From: Octopus bimaculoides
Taxonomy: Eukaryota
Assembly (NCBI RefSeq): GCF_001194135.2
Contig: NC_068987.1
Location: 42,547,555 to 42,595,558 of the forward strand
Length of the DNA: 48,004 nt
Direction: 5' to 3'
In this document: in pieces, positions 11,900 to 24,264 of the stretch
Position numbering within the stretch: the stretch's first letter is position 1
How the letters are laid out: each line of letters begins with the position of its first letter
The notes under the pieces: model-generated
The model's database searches: none
What the model was told of the DNA's origin: nothing
What the model saw: only the letters and a program-made list of their open reading frames with translations
Translations under genes and position numbers: made by a program

Positions 11900-12900
11900 T
11901 TTGAAACAGGTGAAGTTGATGTGGTTGATTTTGCTCTTGAACAACTGCAAAGGAAAAAAAAAAAAAAAATTAAGAGTAGCGAGGGGTTTCTAGTGAGCTG
12001 ACACTCCAAGAAGGGAGTACAGGAATAAAATGTTTTGCTTCAGGTAGAGTGGAAACACAAAGGGAGAGTGAAGGTGGCACAAGACCAGATAATTTTGATA
12101 AATAGAATCCACAGTAATGAGGGTAGAATAGAGGAGGTAGTATATTTGTGGACCAGAGGCTGGAGTGTGTTAATGAGTGACTTCATACCAAATAGTCATG
12201 TGACCTATATTTAGATGTGGTGTTGGATGTTTATATGTTTATTATTAGCATTGTCTAAGATGTGGGATAAATACTCCATTGCAGGTCACATGAGCTTTGT
12301 AAAGTGTTAGTAACTGTTAGATGCTTAAACATTTTCTAGCCCAAAGAGGAATGCTAGTTTTTGCTGTGTTGAGGATGAGAGGTCATCAGTGTTAGAAAGT
12401 GCTCAGAATTTGTTGTGCCTTTAGAAATTCTAGTTGCATGTAGTTCAATTTTTAAAAATATGTTTGTACTTCTGTGCTGTTGAAGGATTAACATGATATC
12501 ATTGTAGAATGTTTTGAAGCAGTTCTTCATGGAACCAGTGAAGCTTCAACAGTTTGCATGTGGATAATATTTATGTGCAACATGTTAGGGAAGAGTGAAA
12601 GTGGCATTATCATATAAATTTGAACCATTTGCCAAGCATTCACTGAAAATGCCAAGCTTTGCTACTGCATTTGTATTTGAATACTTGTTGATTAAGACTC
12701 TCATAAATTGTAATATATTCATTGAAGAGAACTTTAAGAGGACTGAGTCTCCTTAAAGGTTTGGGTTCAAGGAAGTAATTTCTATGGATTAGGCTTCTTG
12801 AGATTTCATCTTGGTTGAATTTTGGGATGTTAATATTTCTGGTTCCGGATCCAAGGCTGTATGGAACTTTAGGTAAAGACTAACATAGATAACAGTATCA
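11900..12900 (-). mobile_element. Heavily decayed CR1/L2-like LINE RT region
   Basis: Only weak remnants of the A-L-D-I-S-K-A-F-D and YADD motifs are visible on the minus strand. Confidence 0.35.
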
Positions 12901-14252
12901 AATACCAGTATTATTGGTCTCTGACAATAGAAGATTAGTTGTTACAAATCTATTTTTGAGTTCTCGCTACTTGAAAATTTCATAATAGAACTGTATTTTG
13001 GTTATTTTGGTAAAAAAAATGAAATACAGTAACAAAATTAGCAACTAATATTGTATGAACGTATGTCCATATATTCCTTTGTATTGTTTCTAAGTATGAA
13101 TGTATGAATGTAATCTTTTTCAACATCTTCAAATTAACTTATAATAAAAAAAGAAAATCCACTACGCAAAAACATTCTATAATGGAAGCTTTGACTGTGC
13201 TGTTTAACCTCTCTTGCCCGTCTCTAGGCCTTTCTCCTTGTTTTCTCTCTAATCCACTTTCTCATCCTTTTTCTTTTTCTAAAAATAAGAGAAAGCAAGA
13301 TATTTTTAAGATGAAAGAACATTATGGATGCCTTGACTAGGCAGTTCCCCCCTCCCCGCTCTCTCTGTATCTATGTCTCTCTCTTAGTTTCTCATTCTCT
13401 ATTTCCTTCTTCTTTCTGATTTTCACTCTNNNNNNNNNNTCTAAAAGTTACAGTTTTATAATATTCTATCATTTTTTATATTTCATTAAACTAAGAATTG
13501 AAAATTAAAACAGAAGAAAGTTCCTGGAAGATTGGGATAAATGGACAGCTTGAATAATTTAATGCAGTAAATTTAAAGGTGTGTTTTTGCTAAATCACCA
13601 TTTATGAAAATTAATCAAATATCAACTTTTATTAGTATTAAAGTATGATCTACTAATGTTCAAGTAGTAAAGAATTGACATTGATAGAAAATAGAGGAAG
13701 ATAGCTTGCTTTATATCATCAACATCCATTTTAACTACTTTGTTGAGTAAATTATCTCCCTTCACTTTCTAACACTGGATGATGTCAGCATATGAAATAT
13801 TCATGTCATACTTTACCATTGATAAAAAGAGGTTATTTAAGAACATTTTTGAATATTATACATCATAATTGTATTTAAACTAGGCTATCATTAGTAATAA
13901 GCCTCTCAGTTTTGGTAGATTTTTCTGTCAGTAATGGCATCAAAGGAAATTGATTGTATCATCTTCTCGAAGCTGAATTTATGGAAGGATCTGAGTTCAG
14001 TTCTGTAAGATAAATGGAGAAAGCCATTCATTGCCATTATTTTAACCCTGAGACCACCTGTGATTTCATAGTACAAATTTGTAATTTAAAGCAATCTAAA
14101 TAAATACCTTCCATCAAAATTTCATTCCAGGTCATTTCTGTTATCAATACCTTTTACTATTAGTACAGAACATTTTTTTATGTGCATTGGGATGACATAC
14201 TAAATGAGGGATTATGGTCAAAGCCAGTCCTTCAAATAGATAACTCAATGTT

Positions 14253-14257
<5 letters not shown>

Positions 14258-14286
<29 letters not shown>

Positions 14287-14745
14287 AGTCATCGTTTAAC
14301 GTCCGCTTTCCATGCTGGCATGGGTTGGATGGTCTGACATGGATCTGGCCAGCTGGGAGCTGTCAAGACTCTAGTTGTCTGTTGTGGTGAGGTTTCTACA
14401 GGATACCCTTCCTAATGTCAACCACTTAATAGAGTGTACTGGGGGCTTTTTACATGCTACCAGCATGGGTGCATTTACACAGCACTGGCACAGGTACATT
14501 TATGCAGCACCAGCATAGGGGCTTTTTATGTGGCACTGGCACCTGAAAGCCTGTATGTGTGCAAAACAGCAATTTTACTTAGCTTGACACATCTTATCAA
14601 GTACAACAAATCGCCACATCTCCTGGCCTCTTGTCATTTCTTCAGTGAAGCCCAATGTCTGAAGATCCTTTCTCACCACGTCATCTCATATCTTCCAGGG
14701 TCTACTCTTTCCAAAGGTACCCTCCACAATTAGAGCTCTGCACTT
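14258..14745 (-). mobile_element. RTE-related SINE/LINE 3' end with (ATG)n tail
   Basis: (CAT)n followed by cgtttaacgtccgctttccatgctggcatggg. The same family occurs at 39236-39530. Confidence 0.65.
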
Positions 14746-14849
14746 CTTTATGCAGTGGTCTTCATAAAAAGCTGTAGTGTATATAAAGTTCTGAGTTAGA
14801 GTGAGAGTTTAGGATTAGAGTTAGAATTTAATGTTTAAGGTGTAGAGAA

Positions 14850-15853
14850 CAACCGTGCGAACCAAAGGAGAATAGCAACGAATGGCAACAGGCTCCTTTT
14901 AACGCGTCGCACGGTCGCCACAAAACATATAATGTAACATTGAGTACTCACATTTGTGATGTGAGGAAGTGCCAGCAAGGAATGAGAGAGACACAACCGT
15001 TAGATATATATAGAGAGTAAGTTTATTAGCGTAGTCAACTGTGTGTCTGTGTGTGTGTGTGTATGCGGCAATATAAGTAACACAATATATAAGACAGGCC
15101 GTCGTGTACAAGAGTGCGTATACAATAATATGTGTGTGTGTGAGTGTGAATGAGAAATACAGAGCATGGAATGAAAGTCTGTAACATAGACTATAAGCGT
15201 CCTGAATAAAGATAAGAAAGTACCAGTTCATAGAAGAGTTACACAGTAGGTAGAATGTCTGTACACAAGAGGTCATGGCCGAATAGCAGAGCTGAGGTGT
15301 CACATGTTGTGTGTGAAGTTGAGCTTCGATGCTGCGACCAGTTACTTGGTACAGAAGATTCTTGCAGGTTGTTCTGGATGTTATTTTCATGATGGAGACA
15401 ATCCACTCAAACAGTGTTGAGATGAAACTGTGGTTGCTGTTGGTTGTGTGTACTCTGGTGGTGGTGTTGGTGCTGGCAACAACATTGTAGTAGACAGTAG
15501 ATTGGTGGTGTTGACGTCGTCGCTGGAAACTGGTTGGAGCTGTGTTCTGTGTGGTCTACGACCAGACCTGAAAAGGTCTGAAGTCATGACAAACTGGCGT
15601 AGATGAAGCAAGACTATTTATAGGTAAAAAGGGTCTCCAGAAACAGCAGAAAAACACTCTCTCACGTGACCTTAACAGAAGGCCACAATTGTTCGGTATG
15701 CACCCTAGCGCGAAACAGAACTGGTGACAAATGCTGTGCAAATAAGAGCCAATCAGGGTGATGGACACAACAGGGTCCAAGCGGCTGAAGGCTAGATGTT
15801 AGCCGCTTCGTTCTCATTCGTAAATAAATACCCGAGAGAGAGGTTTTACTACA
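14850..15853 (-). mobile_element. Gypsy-type 5' LTR (~14933-15853) with tRNA-Arg PBS, truncated
   Basis: Minus strand TGTAGT...TTACA, TATAAA at ~15620, AATAAA at ~15022. PBS TGGCGACCGTG at 14920-14910 (412/mdg1-type tRNA-Arg). Confidence 0.6.
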
Positions 15854-16892
15854 AAGGTATTGACTTAAGTTTAGAGTAAAGTGAGTCAGGATTTAGTGTT
15901 TATAATTAAAATTTGGGTGGAGACTTAGGGTGTAGAGCTGGGGCTTGACTCTGTTAATCTTAACACAGAATATAGTTTCCATCAACCCAGTCACATTTTC
16001 TATAAAACAGTAAAACTATTGAGATTAGATATCGGAAGGTTAGGCCCAATCTTTGATGGCATAAGATTAAATCATGTATTGATATGCAATAGGGTAGGCC
16101 CAAAACAATTGCAATAAACTACTTTTTCCATTTATCTTGCAAAATCCAGATTCTACCACAAGTTTAGCTTCAAGAAGATACCGTCAGTTTCCTTTCGTGC
16201 CATGACTGACAGTAATCTACGAAAACAGGGAGGCTTATCTCTCATCACCTGTGAGACCAATTTTGGTTCTACAATACAAAACTGTTGATTTTAATGTATT
16301 CAAATTTAAATTAAAGCTTTTCATTATAATTTTATATAAGAACCCTTTATTAAGTTCTAAACACAAGATTAAACCTTTTGTTGCCATATTCTGTTGAAAT
16401 ACACTGCCCCGGCTTCAATTACTTTTGAAAATAATGAAAAATTTAGGAAAATAACTGTCATTATTTAACTGGAACAAAAATTCACATGGAATTTTGACGG
16501 AAAGTTTTAATTTAGATTACTTTAAGATGGAAGGTTTCTTTCATAACACCAGTGACAGACTCAGATGGATACATATTAAAAGGTTTAAAATTGAAAATTT
16601 AGTTAACTGTCTATATATCATACCTAATGTATATACACTCTTGATAGGCAAGTTACTGCGGTTTTCATTCAAGATAAAATCTTTTATGGATGTGTTTAAA
16701 AACACAATATATATTGAAGAGAGATGAAAAATTGTCCAAGCAGTGGCTATTGAGAATGCCAAATGTACTTTTTGGGCCTTGTTAATGACTTGTACTAGCA
16801 ACATGTCTAAATGAGATCTATCACATCCTAATTAGAAAACTGAATAACACTTACACTGGTATTGCAAACAGTTTCAGGATCGAATCAATAAC

Positions 16893-17160
16893 ATCTTTTA
16901 TCTTTTACTTGTTTCAGCCATTTGACTGTGGCCATGCTGGGGCACTGTATTGAAAGGTTTTAGTTGAACAAATCGACCCTAGGACTTTTGAGGTCTAGTA
17001 CTTATTCTCTCGGTCTGTTTTGCTGTACTCCTACATTACAGGGATGTAAACATACCACCACCAGTTGTCAAGCGGTGGTGAGAGCAAACACAAACACAGA
17101 GACACATACACATAGATATATATATGCATACATACATACATGTCAGACGGGGCTTTGATG
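16893..17160 (-). mobile_element. tRNA-derived SINE 3' part
   Basis: ttttacttgtttcagccatttgactgtggccatgctggggcactg, shared with 36518 and ~41625. Confidence 0.65.
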
Positions 17161-18204
17161 AATACCAATAGGCATGAAAGTATATACTAGCCTTTATATA
17201 TTTAATTCTCTATACTTAATACTCAATATTTCATATATTCAATATTTCATTTCATTTTACTATTTATATTATATTATATATTCCATATTCTATATCCCAC
17301 ATTAATTTTTTAAGAATATAAATAAAACATAAAAAACAGACAGAGTTGGAACTCTTCTAAATAATATATTCCTCTATACACGATCATACAAAACCCTTTT
17401 TTTTNNNNNNNNNNNNNNNNNNNNNNNNNNNNNNNNNNNNNNNNNNNNNNNNNNNNNNNNNNNNNNNNNNNNNNNNNNNNNNNNNNNNNNNNNNNNNNNN
17501 NNNNNNNNNNNNNNNNNNNNNNNNNNNNNNNNNNNNNNNNNNNNNNNNNNNNNNNNNNNNNNNNNNNNNNNNNNNNNNNNNNNNNNNNNNNNNNNNNNNN
17601 NNNNNNNNNNNNNNNNNNNNNNNNNNNNNNNNNNNNNNNNNNNNNNNNNNNNNNNNNNNNNNNNNNNNNNNNNNNNNNNNNNNNNNNNNNNNNNNNNNNN
17701 NNNNNNNNNNNNNNNNNNNNNNNNNNNNNNNNNNNNNNNNNNNNNNNNNNNNNNNNNNNNNNNNNNNNNNNNNNNNNNNNNNNNNNNNNNNNNNNNNNNN
17801 NNNNNNNNNNNNNNNNNNNNNNNNNNNNNNNNNNNNNNNNNNNNNNNNNNNNNNNNNNNNNNNNNNNNNNNNNNNNNNNNNNNNNNNNNNNNNNNNNNNN
17901 NNNNNNNNNNNNNNNNNNNNNNNNNNNNNNNNNNNNNNNNNNNNNNNNNNNNNNNNNNNNNNNNNNNNNNNNNNNNNNNNNNNNNNNNNNNNNNNNNNNN
18001 NNNNNNNNNNNNNNNNNNNNNNNNNNNNNNNNNNNNNNNNNNNNNNNNNNNNNNNNNNNNNNNNNNNNNNNNNNNNNNNNNNNNNNNNNNNNNNNNNNNN
18101 NNNNNNNNNNNNNNNNNNNNNNNNNNNNNNNNNNNNNNNNNNNNNNNNNNNNNNNNNNNNNNNNNNNNNNNNNNNNNNNNNNNNNNNNNNNNNNNNNNNN
18201 NNNN

Positions 18205-21200
18205 GGTCCCAGTCAGCGGTCAGCTACCCAGTCGCTGACGTCATACCACATGCAACCCTGATCATAAAGATCACGTGCACCCCTACTCTACGTCAAAGTC
18301 CGCCATCCAACCAGGCGGGCGCCTTACGCATCAAGATCTTCTCAAGCCAGGTGCCTCGTTTCCCTGTCCACGCTCTTCATCTGACGAAGTGACTCTCCTG
18401 CGCAGGTCCAGCACGTGACGCGGCATTCCATCCACAGATACATTGTTTCTGGAATTGCGGCATTCCATCCACGGATACATTGTTTCTGGAATTCCTGCCC
18501 CATTGCGACATGCAGCGTGCCTTCGGTGGCTTAACACAAACTTCCTTCCCTACTTTCATGCCTCACAATACTCCGGCGTCTTACTGGGATGCCTCTATTC
18601 ATACTTAAACACTGCTCTGTGCGGCACAGATTCTTCCACTTGTCCAGATTGGGGAGATATGTACCAGAAAACCGCTTCCAGGGGCGAAATATGCCCCCTT
18701 TCAGCCATAGCCTTGATTGTCCGATAGTGCCTCTCTACGATTCCGTTGCCGTTCGGCCTATATGCCGCTCTGAACAATCAACGCACTTTCTACCGGTCGA
18801 GCATCTCCCCCAATGCTTCCGAATGAAAAGCCGCCCTGTTGTCCATCGGTAGTTCTTCCACGGGACCCCTCTCCAAGAATATCTCATTCAAAATCTATGC
18901 AATCTCATCAGCAATGCCTGTCCTCAACTCCCTCCAAATGGCTAGCCGGCCCGGCTCGCAGTTGACCATGATGAGATACATTCCTTGACGGCAGTGTGTT
19001 NNNNNNNNNNNNNNNNNNNNNNNNNNNNNNNNNNNNNNNNNNNNNNNNNNNNNNNNNNNNNNNNNNNNNNNNNNNNNNNNNNNNNNNNNNNNNNNNNNNN
19101 NNNNNNNNNNNNNNNNNNNNNNNNNNNNNNNNNNNNNNNNNNNNNNNNNNNNNNNNNNNNNNNNNNNNNNNNNNNNNNNNNNNNNNNNNNNNNNNNNNNN
19201 NNNNNNNNNNNNNNNNNNNNNNNNNNNNNNNNNNNNNNNNNNNNNNNNNNNNNNNNNNNNNNNNNNNNNNNNNNNNNNNNNNNNNNNNNNNNNNNNNNNN
19301 NNNNNNNNNNNNNNNNNNNNNNNNNNNNNNNNNNNNNNNNNNNNNNNNNNNNNNNNNNNNNNNNNNNNNNNNNNNNNNNNNNNNNNNNNNNNNNNNNNNN
19401 NNNNNNNNNNNNNNNNNNNNNNNNNNNNNNNNNNNNNNNNNNNNNNNNNNNNNNNNNNNNNNNNNNNNNNNNNNNNNNNNNNNNNNNNNNNNNNNNNNNN
19501 NNNNNNNNNNNNNNNNNNNNNNNNNNNNNNNNNNNNNNNNNNNNNNNNNNNNNNNNNNNNNNNNNNNNNNNNNNNNNNNNNNNNNNNNNNNNNNNNNNNN
19601 NNNNNNNNNNNNNNNNNNNNNNNNNNNNNNNNNNNNNNNNNNNNNNNNNNNNNNNNNNNNNNNNNNNNNNNNNNNNNNNNNNNNNNNNNNNNNNNNNNNN
19701 NNNNNNNNNNNNNNNNNNNNNNNNNNNNNNNNNNNNNNNNNNNNNNNNNNNNNNNNNNNNNNNNNNNNNNNNNNNNNNNNNNNNNNNNNNNNNNNNNNNN
19801 NNNNNNNNNNNNNNNNNNNNNNNNNNNNNNNNNNNNNNNNNNNNNNNNNNNNNNNNNNNNNNNNNNNNNNNNNNNNNNNNNNNNNNNNNNNNNNNNNNNN
19901 NNNNNNNNNNNNNNNNNNNCTCGTTTCCTCTCCGGAACACCAGCTCACCCGATCTGTCTCTTCGTAGTTTCAGTCCCAGCACAGCTCCCCACCACCATCA
20001 ACTCTGGTGGCTTTGCAATCAGCCCGAACCTCCCCAGGTGTCTCATTACCTTGGTAGCTGGCACTACAGTCAGGTCAACCAAAATGTCATCTATGTAGGA
20101 ACTGGTGGCCTTCCTTATCTTCTATTTCCCTAGGATGGACCTGAGCACCATTGCCATGATTTTTGGAGTGGAATTCAGCCCAAAACCCAGCCTGGTTAAA
20201 CAGTACGTCCGGCCCTTGTACCGCACCAGCTGGTATCACCACAGCTTGTTACTCACACAGAGCTGCAAATATGCCGACTTCAAGTCGATGATTGTTGCTG
20301 CCTTGGTCGACTGCCTTCACACACGTAACGTCTCACCGCAAACGTCCATTGCTTCACCTCCAGTGTGGCATGATATATGATCCTTCAGCTCCCTAAAGTC
20401 CAGCACCGGTCTAACTTTTCCCTTCGTTGGCTGCACCACCGCCATCAGAGATAGCACTCCGCTCACCACCTCCTCTTTCCATGGGACAAGGACTCCTTCC
20501 TTGATCCATCTCTCTACCTCCTCATCGAACTCAACCCCGGCGTGACCTTTCAGAGTATGCTGGTAGCAGTTCACCCTGTTCTTCAGTATTGGGGGTTCGT
20601 CTTTTCATCACCACTCTATCGTCCACCTCCAACCATCGAACGCTGCCTGAAAATTTTTGTCCTCGATGGTGTAAGCGGCGCTGTCCCTGACGGGGCTCTG
20701 CTCTCCCCGGCAGTCCTGACTCACGGCGTACAATGCNNNNNNNNNNNNNNNNNNNNNNNNNNNNNNNNNNNNNNNNNNNNNNNNNNNNNNNNNNNNNNNN
20801 NNNNNNNNNNNNNNNNNNNNNNNNNNNNNNNNNNNNNNNNNNNNNNNNNNNNNNNNNNNNNNNNNNNNNNNNNNNNNNNNNNNNNNNNNNNNNNNNNNNN
20901 NNNNNNNNNNNNNNNNNNNNNNNNNNNNNNNNNNNNNNNNNNNNNNNNNNNNNNNNNNNNNNNNNNNNNNNNNNNNNNNNNNNNNNNNNNNNNNNNNNNN
21001 NNNNNNNNNNNNNNNNNNNNNNNNNNNNNNNNNNNNNNNNNNNNNNNNNNNNNNNNNNNNNNNNNNNNNNNNNNNNNNNNNNNNNNNNNNNNNNNNNNNN
21101 NNNNNNNNNNNNNNNNNNNNNNNNNNNNNNNNNNNNNNNNNNNNNNNNNNNNNNNNNNNNNNNNNNNNNNNNNNNNNNNNNNNNNNNNNNNNNNNNNNNN

Positions 21201-22065
21201 NNNNNNNNNNNNNNNNNNNNNNNNNNNNNNNNNNNNNNNNNNNNNNNNNNNNNNNNNNNNNNNNNNNNNNNNNNNNNNNNNNNNNNNNNNNNNNNNNNNN
21301 NNNNNNNNNNNNNNNNNNNNNNNNNNNNNNNNNNNNNNNNNNNNNNNNNNNNNNNNNNNNNNNNNNNNNNNNNNNNNNNNNNNNNNNNNNNNNNNNNNNN
21401 NNNNNNNNNNNNNNNNNNNNNNNNNNNNNNNNNNNNNNNNNNNNNNNNNNNNNNNNNNNNNNNNNNNNNNNNNNNNNNNNNNNNNNNNNNNNNNNNNNNC
21501 TTCTCTTGTAAACCCAGCCAGCGTGGCCAGTCTATGCTCCTCTGCCACATATTTGTCCACCTGTTTTCCCCCTATCTAACAGTCCCTAGCTTAACAAAGG
21601 CGGTTTACTCACACTCTGTATGCGCCTCTCTCAATCTCTGCTCAATCTTCTCCGCACTCAACCTCTCTTCCTTGTCCATTTCTAAATACAAGGTCAGGGC
21701 GCTCCCTTCCAAGTATAGCACCATAAGACTGGCCACATCACTTATCCCTTGCAGTCTCGCCACAAGCCTGATCTTTCACATCGAGGCCACTGCATTGCCC
21801 TCACCATTAAAAATCCTGATCACGTCGCTGGCGATTCTGATCTTAGCTGCCATCGCAGTGAAGTTTTACACGTGGTGCCAAAAGAGCTTGTGGTGTATGT
21901 GAGTGATTAGTAGTAAACAGCTTACCTCAGTCTTCCTTCCACCGCACGAGTCTGTCCTGTGGTATCCTGTCCTCACGCCTGGCCTGACCTGACGAACGCT
22001 AGAAATAGCAGCTGCCTCTCCCTCACCTGGATGATTGTCTCCCCAGTCGCTGATGTCATACCACA
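18205..22065 (-). mobile_element. Gapped LTR retrotransposon of the same lineage as 1-812 and 23932-28552 (may be more than one insertion)
   Basis: 5' LTR 21889-22065, gag 21500-21853, RT 19920-20600 (VVQPTKGKVRPVLDFRELK, YIDD), integrase 18300-19000 (YRPNGNGIVERHYRTIK), LTR end 18205-18250 preceded by the PPT-like gatcagggttgca. Confidence 0.85.
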
Positions 22066-22551
22066 GTATGCAATTGAAGCAGTACATAATGTATATACAT
22101 GTTGATAGCCTAGTTACTGCGGTTTTTGTCTGAGATATAAAACAATATATGTTGAAAGGACATAAAAAAAAATCATCCTGACAACAATTACCAAGAACAT
22201 TAGAAGGCCCTACAAGGTCAAAATGCATCTACCATTTTAGCTGGTCACTGTCAGGGTATATACTATGTTTTTAAATGCAGCATATTCCATAAGAAATTTC
22301 ATCTCAGACATGAACCATTGTAACTTACTTGTCAATGGTGTATATACAAAGTATGATACATAGATGACTAGTTTAATTTAATGCAGCTTCAATTGTGAAC
22401 ACAGGAAAATTAGTTGTTTTGATAAATATTTTCAAAAATTGTCATAACAGTACTGGAAATGTATTTTGCTAGAAATCCTTGTTGTGTAAAGTCTAAACAT
22501 TTTAATAAGAGTAAATGACTATAGTAATTGTACTTGCATAATGATAAAGTA

Positions 22552-23852
22552 TTGGGTTGGCAACTAAGTTCCTGCCTTTTTTTAAATTTTGGAATTTATT
22601 GCGTTTTTAAATTTTGGAATCTATTTTTTCGAGAATTCTATTTTTGAATCATTTTGGAATCTATTTTGTTTTTTGTTTTTTTCTAGTTAATTTTACTTAA
22701 TTTTTGTTTATTTTTAGATCATTAAAATAGAATGTCAAGTTAAGAAAAACGAGCATTTTCGACACCTCCTTCTTTTTGCTTTTAATCAAGGTTCTAAGGC
22801 TGCAAAAGCTGCTCATTACATTTGTGCTGTGTATGGAGAAGGTGCCATAGCTGAAAGAACCGCTCATGATTGGTATGCCAAGTTCAAAAATGGAAATTTT
22901 GACATCAAAGACACACCTCGTTCTGGCTGTCCAGTTGAGTTCGATGAAAAGCGATTAAACCAACTTTTGAAAGAAAATTCTCATCAAATGACAAGAGAAC
23001 TGGCAGAGAAAATGGGATTCTCCCACACTGCTATAGAGAAGCATCTTCACTCGATGAGAAAGGTTCGGAAGTATGAAGTATAGGTTCCGCATACTTTAAG
23101 TGACAACAACAAAAACCAACAAGCCACAATCTCCGCTGGTTTGCTTGCTCGTCACCGCTCAACTCATGGACACAAGCAACGGTTTCTTTACTGAATTGTT
23201 ACTGGCGATGAAAAATGGTGCCTGTACATCAATATGAAGCAGCGTAAGAAATGGCTTAGCCCTGGTAAACAAGTGACACCGCGCGTGAAACAAGATCTTC
23301 ATCCGCGTAAAATGATGTTGTGCGTATGGTGGGACTGGGAATGGATTATCCATTATGAATTGCTTGAATTGAACCAAACAGTCAATGCTGAACTCCATAT
23401 TCAACAGATGGAACGACTCAACACAGCTATTCAGGAGAAAAGACCTAATCGTCATTATGGAGTTCTTCTGCTGCATGACAACGCTCGCCCTCATATCACC
23501 AATATGACCAAGGAAACCATTCAAACGCATGGCTGGGAAGTACTGCCACACCTGCTGTACTCTCCTGATTTGGCACCAACAGATTTCCACCTCTTTCGAT
23601 CTCTTTCAAATGCTATGCGCAGAGTTTCGTTCAATAGTGATGCAGAATTGAGAGCTTGGTTGGATCAATTTTTTGGGTCGAAATCGGGTGATTTCTACCA
23701 ACGAGGTATTGAAAATCTTGTTGAAAGTTGGGAAAAAGTTGTAAGCAACAAGGGTGAATACATTATTGATTAATAATTTGTTATTTTTTACTAAACCTTT
23801 TAAAAAATTTAAATTTTTAAAAAAACGGCAGGAATTTTAGTTGCCAACCTAA
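22552..23852 (+). mobile_element. Full-length mariner (DD34D) transposon, ~1.3 kb
   Basis: TIRs TTGGGTTGGCAACTAAGTTCCTGCC / GGCAGGAATTTTAGTTGCCAACCTAA, flanked by TA on both sides (22550-22551, 23853-23854). Confidence 0.95.
22727..23773 (+). pseudogene. Mariner transposase, single frame with lost start and two premature stops
   Basis: ATA in place of ATG; TAG at the WVPH position; TGA before IVTGDEKW. Motifs TGDEKW, HDNARPH and YSPDLAPTDFHLF are present. Confidence 0.92.
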
Positions 23853-23884
23853 TAGATTAAGTTCATAATTATGAGAGAAGGTAA

Positions 23885-23931
23885 GACTGTGTGTGGTTAA
23901 GAAGCATTGCTGCTTTGTAACTAAATGATTT
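23885..23931 (+). mobile_element. tRNA-derived SINE head split by the LTR element; continues at 28553-28650
   Basis: gtgtgtggttaagaagc...gattt | caagttcaacctcattgtgtggtaccttgagcaag rejoins into a SINE head when 23932-28552 is removed. Confidence 0.65.
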
Positions 23932-24264
23932 TGTAGCGTGATGGAGGAAAAAGACAACAGAAAAAGAAGCAAAAGAAATACAGAGACCTTACCTGTTGAC
24001 CGTGGCGGGATGAGCGATCACTGACCAGATAAAAATACAACCTTTCACACGTGCCGTCTCTCATCAAACTGCCTGCACGTGCTTTGTGCCCTTGCATGCC
24101 CCCATGGCTCTTCCTCCGGCCCCTGCAGTCTTCACTTCCGTTTGCCTCATCTGCAATCCTCAACACCACATAGCTCATCACAGCCCATAACATCACAAAC
24201 ACCACATGCCCTTCTGATCTACAGATCACTCAACTGGCTCTCCTACTCACTCCTCACTCACACC

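Noticed and set aside
15387-15611. Integrase tail (RSGRRPHR) implying a pol-LTR-PBS tandem junction
   Set aside because: The segment fits better inside one ~920 bp LTR (TGTAGT start, TATA box at ~15620), and the motif match is short.
18421-18494. CRISPR-like direct repeats (also 2590-2640, 33825-33890)
   Set aside because: These are adjacent tandem duplications without spacers, in a eukaryotic TE context with no cas genes.
18908-21902. Long ORFs of 280-390 aa in the ORF track (also 27695-28414, 42773-43373, 44382-45550)
   Set aside because: They are artefacts of N-gaps translated as X.
23234-23773. Host SETMAR/Metnase gene
   Set aside because: No SET domain. The ORF lies inside a TIR- and TA-bounded mariner and has stops.
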